Shown here: piece by piece, positions 56,883-64,000 of the stretch | Numbering within the stretch: the stretch's first letter is position 1 | Layout: the number at the start of each line of letters is the position of its first letter | NCBI GenBank assembly: GCA_964509645.1 | Contig: CAZDXV010000001.1 | Location: 15,890-79,889 of the forward strand | Length of the DNA stretch: 64,000 nt | From: an uncultured Candidatus Saccharibacteria bacterium | GTDB lineage: Bacteria > Patescibacteriota > Minisyncoccia > Minisyncoccales > GWA2-38-27 | Reading direction: 5' to 3' | Notes under the pieces: generated by a model | The model's input: only the letters and a program-made list of their open reading frames with translations | The model's database searches: none | Told to the model about the DNA's origin: nothing | Translations under genes and position numbers: made by a program

Positions 56883-57658
56883 AAATTGCTGCTGTAAATC
56901 TAAAAAAAAGTTTTGTGGATAGTGAAAATAAGAAAGTACTGGCTTTAGATAATTTTAATTTAGAAATCAAGGAAAAAGAATTTGCAGTAATAGTAGGGCC
57001 TTCTGGTTGCGGGAAGTCCACTTTTTTGTATATGGTGGGTGGTTTTGACCAGCCGACCAGTGGCCAAGTTCTAATTCAACAAAAACCGGTTACAAAACCG
57101 GGTCCAAACAGAGGATTTATTTTTCAGGAATATGTTTTGTTTCCCTGGTTAAATGTTTTAAAAAATGTTAGTTTTGGACTGAGAAATCAGGGTTTTTCTA
57201 GGAAGGAAGCAGAAAAGGTAGCTGGGCAATATATTAAAATGGTAGGATTAGAAGGGTTTGAAAGATCTTATCCTCACACTTTATCTGGGGGAATGAAACA
57301 GAGAGTGGCTATTGCTAGAGCATTAGCTTATGATCCAGAGATTTTATTGTTGGATGAACCATTTGCTTCTTTGGATGCCCAGACTAGAAAGATTATGCAG
57401 CAGGAATTGGTAAGAATTTGGCAGAAAACTAAAAAAACGGTAGTATTTGTTACTCATTCTGTAGTAGAGGCAGCTTATCTTGCTGACCGAATTTTTGTAA
57501 TGACCGCTAGACCAGGTAAAATAAAAGCGGTAATCGAGGTAAATATTCCAAGGCCAAGAGATTACTCAGGAAAAAAATATCTGACTATTAGAAAAAGAGC
57601 TCTTTCTCTTTTGGATCAAGAAGTTAAAAAGGAAAGAAAACTGGATAAAAATTATTGA
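56858..57658 (+). CDS. ABC transporter ATP-binding protein (NitT/TauT family)
   Basis: Walker A GPSGCGKST, signature LSGGMKQRVAIARAL, Walker B ILLLDEP. Likely start ATG at 56858 (ORF-track start 56792 is upstream, in frame). Confidence 0.8.
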   Translation: MGIGNKKIKIAAVNLKKSFVDSENKKVLALDNFNLEIKEKEFAVIVGPSGCGKSTFLYMVGGFDQPTSGQVLIQQKPVTKPGPNRGFIFQEYVLFPWLNVLKNVSFGLRNQGFSRKEAEKVAGQYIKMVGLEGFERSYPHTLSGGMKQRVAIARALAYDPEILLLDEPFASLDAQTRKIMQQELVRIWQKTKKTVVFVTHSVVEAAYLADRIFVMTARPGKIKAVIEVNIPRPRDYSGKKYLTIRKRALSLLDQEVKKERKLDKNY

Positions 57659-57661
57659 AAC

Positions 57662-58306
57662 ATGTTTAATAATTTTAAAAAAATATTAGTATTAGCTCCT
57701 CATACGGATGATGGAGAATTGGGGTGTGGAGGGAGCATTGCTAAGTTTTTAGAAGAAGGAAAGGAAATTTATTATATAGTTTTTTCTACGGCTCAGACCT
57801 CGGTTAAAAAAGGATTTTCTAAAAATATTTTAGAGATTGAAGTTAAAAAAGCCACAAGCATATTGGGAATTTCTCCTGAAAACTTAATTATTTATCATTA
57901 TCCAGTCCGTCGTTTTCCTCAATACCGGCAAGAGATTTTAGAAGAGTTAATAAAACTTAAGAGAAAAATTAACCCCAATCTAGTTTTTATTCCCTCTATA
58001 AATGATATTCATCAAGATCATCGGGTTATAGCCGAGGAAGGATTAAGAGCTTTTAAAAGACAAAGCCTCTTGGGATATGAAGAGCCTTGGAATAATATAG
58101 TTTTTGCTACAAGAAGTTTTATTCCTTTAGAAAAAAAACATGTGGAGAAAAAAGTTGAAGCATTGAACTGTTACCGGTCTCAAAAACATCGGGCTTATTT
58201 AAATCAAGATTTAATTTGGAGTTTGGCGAAAACTAGAGGAGTACAAATAGAAGGAGAATATGCTGAGGCCTTTGAGGTAATGAGATGGATTTTTGATGGA
58301 AAATAA
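57662..58306 (+). CDS. PIG-L/LmbE-family N-acetylglucosaminyl deacetylase
   Basis: LVLAPHTDDGELGCGGSIAKF and HQDH metal-binding motifs. Confidence 0.75.
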   Translation: MFNNFKKILVLAPHTDDGELGCGGSIAKFLEEGKEIYYIVFSTAQTSVKKGFSKNILEIEVKKATSILGISPENLIIYHYPVRRFPQYRQEILEELIKLKRKINPNLVFIPSINDIHQDHRVIAEEGLRAFKRQSLLGYEEPWNNIVFATRSFIPLEKKHVEKKVEALNCYRSQKHRAYLNQDLIWSLAKTRGVQIEGEYAEAFEVMRWIFDGK

Positions 58307-58336
58307 GACAAATTATACAATTTTTAGTACTCCTTA

Positions 58337-59401
58337 ATGGTTGATAAAAATATGAAAAAAATTAAAGTTATCCTTACTGCTTGTGGATGTCCTGGAGCAT
58401 CTACTTTTATTCAAAAATTAAAAAATAATAAAGAAAGAGAAATAGAGATTGTGGGCGTAGATGCAGATAGTCAGGCCACAGGCCGATTTTTAGTTGATGA
58501 ATTTTACAAAGTACCCTTAGCTGACTCCAAAGAATATATTCCTGCTATGCTTGACTTGGCAGAAAAAGAGAAAGCAGATGTTTTATTTCCAGAATCAAGT
58601 TATGAAATGTATCCATTGGCTATTAATAAAAGAAAGTTTGAAAAACTGGGAACTGAGGTTATAGTTTCTGATCCAGAGCCTATAGCTATCGCCAATAATA
58701 AGTATAAAATGTATGAAATACTCAGAAAAGAAACAGATATAAAATTGCCAAAGTACTACTATCCTAAAAACTTAGATGACTTTGTCAATCTTGTTTATGA
58801 GTTGGGATATCCTAAAAGGCCAGTTTGTTTTAAGCCTCACATAGGAAAAGGAAGTCGGGGTTTCCGTTTTATTGATGCTGTCGTAGACAGAGAGGAATTA
58901 TTGATGAAATATAAACCAAACAGCAGATATATGTCCCTAGAAGAATTTATTGAGATATTTAAAAACAAGAAGAATTTTCCAGATCTTCTTTTGATGGAAC
59001 GAGTGAGAGGAATGGAGTATACTACAGATCCTATTGCTTTGAACGGCAAAATGCTTATGTGCACCACTAAAACAGTAGAAGAGGCCAGATGGGGAATTAT
59101 TGTTAGGGGTGAGTTAGTAGATAGACCAAAATTAGTAGAGCAAACTAAGAAAATATTAGGTTCTATTAAGTTAAGTTACAATGTAAACCTTCAGTTTATA
59201 GAAGATAAACTTATAGAAATAAACCCTCGGGTTTCCACTTTTATTTATCAGGATGATTTGATTGCTCCTTACCTTTCTATTAAGTTAGCCTTAGGTGAGC
59301 TAATCCCAGCTCAAGTAGCAAAATACCAAGATAAAATTGATTACGGTAGGAAAATGGTGAGATATATGGATCAGGCTTTCTGGAAACCAAAGAAAAAATA
59401 A
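58337..59401 (+). CDS. ATP-grasp fold ligase
   Basis: ATP-grasp architecture with pre-ATP-grasp N-domain and EINPR-type C-terminal motif (LIEINPRVS); 354 aa. Confidence 0.55.
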   Translation: MVDKNMKKIKVILTACGCPGASTFIQKLKNNKEREIEIVGVDADSQATGRFLVDEFYKVPLADSKEYIPAMLDLAEKEKADVLFPESSYEMYPLAINKRKFEKLGTEVIVSDPEPIAIANNKYKMYEILRKETDIKLPKYYYPKNLDDFVNLVYELGYPKRPVCFKPHIGKGSRGFRFIDAVVDREELLMKYKPNSRYMSLEEFIEIFKNKKNFPDLLLMERVRGMEYTTDPIALNGKMLMCTTKTVEEARWGIIVRGELVDRPKLVEQTKKILGSIKLSYNVNLQFIEDKLIEINPRVSTFIYQDDLIAPYLSIKLALGELIPAQVAKYQDKIDYGRKMVRYMDQAFWKPKKK

Positions 59402-59408
59402 TGTTTCC

Positions 59409-60356
59409 ATGAAAAATAATGACCCTTTTGTTACAATTATTATACCCTGCAGAAATGAGGAGAAATATATTAAAAAATACCTGAATTCTATTATTGCTAA
59501 TGATTATCTAAAAGAAAAGTTAAAGGTTTTAGTGATAGAGGGGATAAGCGTAGATAAAACAAGAAAGATTTTAAAGAATTATCTAGATAAGTATTCTTTT
59601 ATTAAAACTCTAAATAATCCTAAAAAGATTACTCCTGTTGCTTTTAATCTTGGAGTAAAAAACTTTTATGGAGATTTAGTATGCTTATCGGAGCTTGTTC
59701 TGAAATCAGTAGAAAATTTACAAGTAGAAGCGTTAAAGCCATAAAAAAATATAATATGGATTGCATAAGTAGGTATTTCTAAAGTTCTGGTTCTAGAGAA
59801 TACATTAATTTCTAGAAGTATAGCAATAGTACTTCGCTCTTTTTTTGGCATGGGTAATGTTAAATATAGATTGAATCCTCAAAAGGTCGGATCAAGCGAT
59901 ACAGTCACAAAACCCTGATACAAAAAAGAAGTTTTCAAAAAAATAGGGCTTTTTAATGAGAATCTTGTGAGGTCTCAAGATATGGAATTTAACCTGAGAT
60001 TAAAAAAAGCAGGAGGTAAAATTCTTTTAGTGCCTGATATTGTGAGTTATTATTACCCCAAAAGTAATTTAAAAGATTTTTTTCTTCATAACATAAAAGA
60101 TGGAATATGGTCTATTTTTCCCTTAAAGTTTATTAAAACGCCATTTAAAATAAGGCATTATATCCCCCTTATTTTTGTTTTAACCTTGCCCTTGAGTATT
60201 TGGCCCTACATTATTCTTTCTATTTATTTCTCCTTGAAGATTGCTTTTAGAGATAAAGATTGGCGATATTTTTTTGTGATGCCACTTGTTTTTGGAATCC
60301 GCCATATTGGATATGGATTGGGTTCTCTTTTTGGTTTATTAAAGCTGATATTTTAA
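59409..60356 (+). pseudogene. disrupted paralog of the GT2 at 51721: N-terminal 111 codons (59409-59744), scrambled middle, then a C-terminal 129 codons identical to the intact copy
   Basis: 59409 ORF VTIIIPCRNEEKYI...VLVIEGISVDKT parallels the intact GT2 N-terminus but terminates. 59745-59942 has no frame. 59967-60356 is identical to 52294-52683. Confidence 0.6.
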
Positions 60357-60375
60357 TGCAAAGGAGAAAAGAGAA
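59943..60375. repeat. direct repeat copy 2 (~430 bp, perfect identity to 52271-52702)
   Basis: See copy 1. The copies are ~7.67 kb apart in the same orientation. Confidence 0.85.
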
Positions 60376-61096
60376 CGAAATACAGCACTATGACAAAGCT
60401 ACTCATAGCTTTAAGGGAAGAGGGGATTTCGAAGGTTTTAGCCCTTCTTTTTTGGCCAGCCACAAGTTTTTGAGAAAGATTTTAAAAGGAAAATCAGGAA
60501 TTTTTTTAGATTACGGATGTGGAATAGGAATTCACTCTTGCTGGCTAAAAGAAATAGCGGATGAATTAGTCGGCATTGATCTTTCCAAAAAATCTCTTGA
60601 TATTGCAAGACAAAATGTAAAGGGAGTCAGTTTTTTGTTAATGGATTGTGAGAATATGGAGTTTGAGAATAATTCCTTTGATATTATCTTTGACGGAGGA
60701 ACTTTCTCTTCTTTGGATTTAAACAAAGCTCTTTCTGAAATGGCCCGAGTTTTAAAACCCGAGGGCTTCTTAATCGGCATTGAAACTCTTGGTCACAATC
60801 CCATACTTAACCTCAAAAGGAAGATTAACAAAGTAAGGGGCAAGAGGACAGATTGGGCGGTAGAACACATTTTCCGGATGGAAGACCTGGAAACAGTAGA
60901 AAAGTATTTTGGTAAAACAGAGCTTTATTTCTTTCATTTTCTTTCCTGGATAGCATTTCCTCTTTTAAATTGGCCGGGAGGGAAGATTTTTTTAAGAGTG
61001 ATGGAAAAGATTGATAAATTCTTTTTAAAAATCTGCCCTTATTTTAAAAAATATTCTTTTAAGCTAGTTTTTATTTTTTCAAAACCTAAAAAATAG
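60356..61096 (+). CDS. class I SAM-dependent methyltransferase (allele B, diverged paralog of 52683-53414)
   Basis: MQRRKENEIQHYDKA..., FLDYGCGIGIHS motif I, IFDGGTFSSLDLNKA. Roughly half the residues identical to allele A, despite an identical 5' leader and first 7 codons. Confidence 0.65.
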   Translation: MQRRKENEIQHYDKATHSFKGRGDFEGFSPSFLASHKFLRKILKGKSGIFLDYGCGIGIHSCWLKEIADELVGIDLSKKSLDIARQNVKGVSFLLMDCENMEFENNSFDIIFDGGTFSSLDLNKALSEMARVLKPEGFLIGIETLGHNPILNLKRKINKVRGKRTDWAVEHIFRMEDLETVEKYFGKTELYFFHFLSWIAFPLLNWPGGKIFLRVMEKIDKFFLKICPYFKKYSFKLVFIFSKPKK

Positions 61097-61379
61097 GAGA
61101 AAACCTGTCTAAAAAATCAGCAAGAAGAATAATGGCGGGTTTAAGATTTTTAAAAGTAAAAACTGACTTTTTCTGTTAAAATTAAGTTATTTTAAGAGAA
61201 AGATTCTTTGATTTGCCAGAAATGAATTCTTACTAGAAAAGAAAATCTCCTTGTTCGTATTAGGGTTTGCTTTTATAGCGAAACTTTAGGACGAATAATA
61301 CTTTTTTATGGCTTGAAAAAAAGGCGCAAAAGAGGTAAATTAAATGTATTATACTAAGATTTATTTGTTAATTTAAAAA

Positions 61380-61973
61380 ATGAGTAAGCGTTTATTTGAC
61401 ATATTTTTTTCTTTTTTTGGATTAATAATTCTTTCTCCTTTGTTTTTGATATCAATTATTCTGGTAAAAATCTTTTCTCCAGGACCTGCTTTTTACAAAT
61501 CTAAAAGAATAGGGAAAAAAGGCAAAGAATTCAATATGTTAAAGTTCAGAACAATGGTTGTAGGAGCTGATAAAATTGGTGGACCTTCTACTGCAGCGGA
61601 TGATGAAAGGCTAACTAAAATAGGGTGGTTTTTAAAGAAGTTCCAACTTGATGAATTGCCTCAATTATTTAATGTTTTAAAAGGCGATATGAGCCTTGTA
61701 GGTCCTAGGCCTGAAGTTCCCTTTTATGTTAATATGATGACAGAAGAAGATAAGAATATTATCCTTTCTATCAGGCCGGGAATAACAGACCTAGCTTCCT
61801 TATGGAATTTCCATGAAGGAGAGATATTGAAAGGAAGTCTTGATCCCGAAAAGACCTATCAGGAGAAAATAAGGCCTAAAAAGCTGGAGCTTCAGAAAAA
61901 ATATGTCAGAGAGAGCTCCTTGCTATTGGATATTAAAATAATTTGTAAAACTATTTTAAAGATATTTAAATGA
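61380..61973 (+). CDS. small monotopic polyprenyl-phosphate sugar-1-phosphate transferase (PglC/WbaP C-domain-like, initiating enzyme)
   Basis: KRLFDIFFSFFGLIILSPLFL re-entrant helix, MLKFRTM, DELPQLFNVLKGDMSLVGPRP (Bac_transf signature). Confidence 0.75.
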   Translation: MSKRLFDIFFSFFGLIILSPLFLISIILVKIFSPGPAFYKSKRIGKKGKEFNMLKFRTMVVGADKIGGPSTAADDERLTKIGWFLKKFQLDELPQLFNVLKGDMSLVGPRPEVPFYVNMMTEEDKNIILSIRPGITDLASLWNFHEGEILKGSLDPEKTYQEKIRPKKLELQKKYVRESSLLLDIKIICKTILKIFK

Positions 61974-62758
61974 AAGATTACCAAAAAATAGCAGAAGAAG
62001 CCAGAAAAGCTGTTTTAGATATGATTTACAAGGCACAATCTTCTCATATAGGATCTAATTTTTCTTGCATAGATATTCTTTCTGTCCTTTATAATATAGC
62101 CGATGTAGACAAGGATTTAAAAGAAGACAGAGATAGGATTGTAATCTCTAAAGGATGGGTGGCAGCTTCTGTATACTACTTTTTAGCAGAAAAAGGGATA
62201 ATTCCTAAAGAAGCTCTTAAAGAATATTATAAAGAAGGAAGCAAGTATATAGGGCTTTTAGAGCCCACGATTAGAGGAGTAGAAGCTGCAGGAGGATCTA
62301 TGGGTTTTGGCCTTCCTTTTGGAACAGGGTTTGCTTTAGCAAAAAAGATTAAAAAAGAAAAAGGAAAATCCTTTGTTTTAATGGGAGACGGAGAAATGAA
62401 CTGCGGTACTACTTGGGAGTCTGCTTTAATAGCTGCTCACCACAAGCTGAATAATTTAATAGCTATTGTGGATTTTAATGGATTACAGGGAATGGGAAAA
62501 TCTGAAGAGATACTTAATACAGAACCTTTGAAGGAAAAATGGGAAGCATTTGGATGGGATGCTAGAGAAATTAATGGCCATAACTTTAGCGAGATAGAAG
62601 AAGCCCTAACTTTAGAATCTGACAAACCCTTAGCTGTTATAGCTAGAACAGTAAAAGGAAAAGGAGTAAGCTTTATGGAAAATGACAATATATGGCATTA
62701 CAAAGCTCCTTCCAAAGAGGAGTATAAAAAAGCAATCGAAGAATTATGTCAGAAATAG
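61970..62758 (+). CDS. transketolase, N-terminal (ThDP-binding) subunit of a split enzyme
   Basis: SSHIGSNFSCIDIL (transketolase His motif), GDGEMNCGTTWE ThDP-binding GDG motif; 262 aa. Confidence 0.7.
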   Translation: MKDYQKIAEEARKAVLDMIYKAQSSHIGSNFSCIDILSVLYNIADVDKDLKEDRDRIVISKGWVAASVYYFLAEKGIIPKEALKEYYKEGSKYIGLLEPTIRGVEAAGGSMGFGLPFGTGFALAKKIKKEKGKSFVLMGDGEMNCGTTWESALIAAHHKLNNLIAIVDFNGLQGMGKSEEILNTEPLKEKWEAFGWDAREINGHNFSEIEEALTLESDKPLAVIARTVKGKGVSFMENDNIWHYKAPSKEEYKKAIEELCQK

Positions 62759-63249
62759 TTCAAATAAAAGACACAAGAAGAGAGTTTATAGATACCTTAA
62801 TCGAGTTAGCTGAAAAAGACGAAAGGGTTGTTTTAATAGTGCCAGATGTGGGTTTTAACTATATTGAAGAATTCAGGAAGAAGTTTCCCAATAGATTTTT
62901 CAATTTAGGGGTGACAGAACAAACAACAATGACAATTGCAGCCGGTATGGCTTTATCCGGTCTAAAACCCTATGTGTATTCTATGATAAATTTTGTAGTT
63001 TTTAGGCCTTATGAGATGCTAAGAAATGCTGTCTGCCTTCATAACGCCAACGTTAAGGTTATAGGGGTAAAAGGAAGCGAGAAGTATAAGTTTCTTGGCT
63101 TTTCTCATAATTTAATTTCAGATGACGAAGATATCAAAGCTTTAGAAGAGCTTTCTATTGACTGCTTTGTTGTTTCAGACCCTGAAAAGGTAAGAGACAC
63201 TATTTTAAAAACATATAATAAGAAGGGTCCTGCTTATATTAGATTATGA
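62746..63249 (+). CDS. transketolase, C-terminal (pyrimidine-binding) subunit, short form
   Basis: FNLGVTEQTTMTIAAGMALSGLKPYV, the transketolase pyrimidine-binding domain; 167 aa. Confidence 0.65.
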   Translation: MSEIVQIKDTRREFIDTLIELAEKDERVVLIVPDVGFNYIEEFRKKFPNRFFNLGVTEQTTMTIAAGMALSGLKPYVYSMINFVVFRPYEMLRNAVCLHNANVKVIGVKGSEKYKFLGFSHNLISDDEDIKALEELSIDCFVVSDPEKVRDTILKTYNKKGPAYIRL

Positions 63250-64000
63250 AAGTTCCATTTGTAAACTACGGATTACAGTACAAAAACTTAAAAGAAGAGA
63301 TAGATAAAGCTATCTTCAAGGTTTTAGAAGGGGGAGATTTAATATTAAGAGAGGATGTGGAAGAATTTGAAAAGAAATTAGCTGATTTTGTAGGAACAAA
63401 GTTTGCTGTTTCCTTAAACAGCGGAACGGACGCTTTATTCTTTTCCTTAAAAGCTTTAGGGATAGGAAAAGGAGACGAAGTAATAACTGTCTCTCACACT
63501 TTTGTAGCTTCAATTTCTACAATAGTTCAGGCGGGAGCTACTCCTGTTTTAGTTGATGTAAAGGAAGACTATTTAATGGATGAAAATAAGCTGGAAGAAG
63601 CTATAACAGAGAAGACAAAAGCTATTATGCCTGTTCATTACAATGGAAGAATGTGTAATATGGAAAAGATCAAAGAAATTGCAGATAAACACAGCCTTTA
63701 TATCATAGAAGACGCAGCTCAGGGCTTAGGATCTTCTTTTAAGAATAAAAAGGCAGGCTCTACGGGCATTACAGGATGCTTTAGCTTTTATCCTGCTAAA
63801 ATACTGGGTTGTTTTGGAGACGGTGGAGCTTTAACTACAAATTCTGAGGAGATAGCAGAAGAAGTAAAACTTTTAAGAGATCATGGTCAGAAAACTAAGA
63901 CTAACATAGTTGAATTCGGTTGGAATTCCAGATTAGATAATATTCAGGCAGCTGTTTTGAATATTAAAATAGATCAGCTACCTTCCTGGATTGAGAGAAG
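63246..64000 (+). CDS. DegT/DnrJ/EryC1/StrS-family sugar aminotransferase (third copy), 3' end beyond the window
   Basis: ATG at ~63246 (MKVPFVNYGLQYKNLKEEIDKAI...); DAAQGLGS...FSFYPAKILGCFGDGG; frame open to the window end. Confidence 0.75.
   Translation, partial: MKVPFVNYGLQYKNLKEEIDKAIFKVLEGGDLILREDVEEFEKKLADFVGTKFAVSLNSGTDALFFSLKALGIGKGDEVITVSHTFVASISTIVQAGATPVLVDVKEDYLMDENKLEEAITEKTKAIMPVHYNGRMCNMEKIKEIADKHSLYIIEDAAQGLGSSFKNKKAGSTGITGCFSFYPAKILGCFGDGGALTTNSEEIAEEVKLLRDHGQKTKTNIVEFGWNSRLDNIQAAVLNIKIDQLPSWIER

Noticed and set aside
1-64000. CRISPR arrays, tRNA, rRNA, tmRNA
   Set aside because: No regularly spaced 25-40-bp direct repeats. No GGTTCGAATCC/GGTTCAAATCC T-loop contexts (the only ttcgaa at ~1098 is inside the NrdG CDS). 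No 16S/23S signature strings.

Overview
Low-GC (~33-35%) bacterial window, almost entirely coding on the + strand, using the standard genetic code (TGA, TAA and TAG all used as stops; clpB ends in TGA). The gene content points to a reduced, envelope-focused genome resembling CPR/Patescibacteria (inference only): class III anaerobic RNR (NrdD C-terminus plus NrdG), a ComEC-like channel, ClpB, HtrA, a 1442-aa LTD/beta-propeller surface protein, very many small glycosyltransferases, and little metabolism. Layout: 1-13.9 kb housekeeping and envelope genes, including a PilZ protein. 13.9-16.6 kb is a GC-rich (~50-55%) pseudogene island, with a perfect sigma70 promoter at 13873-13901, next to an IS30 element. 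16.9-22.5 kb holds the giant surface protein and a Phd/YefM-RelE toxin-antitoxin pair. 22.6-25.7 kb is a regulatory locus with a four-helix-bundle/wHTH protein, a 7-unit ~10-bp repeat array, an ECF sigma factor and a DUF5667-like membrane protein. 26.1-32.3 kb has a strong promoter, a ~300-nt structured leader, an S/T-rich secreted protein with a PG-binding domain and atypical GC (putative S-layer protein), a Wzy_C/O-antigen-ligase-like TPR membrane protein and a PGBD zinc metalloprotease. 32.6-64 kb is a >30 kb glycan biosynthesis cluster: RfbB, a cupin, a WbpA/B/D/E/G-like diacetamido-uronic pathway, GT2/GT4/CgeB-like GTs, Wzx, a GtrB-like/GT-C/flippase trio, four SAM methyltransferases, a PglC-like initiating transferase, a split transketolase and three DegT aminotransferases. 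That cluster is interrupted by pseudogene remnants and by a NitT/TauT ABC importer with a PIG-L deacetylase and an ATP-grasp ligase, all bracketed by a ~430-bp perfect direct repeat. Best candidate for an undescribed system: an S-layer/surface-protein O-glycosylation machinery with a recombination-prone variable segment.
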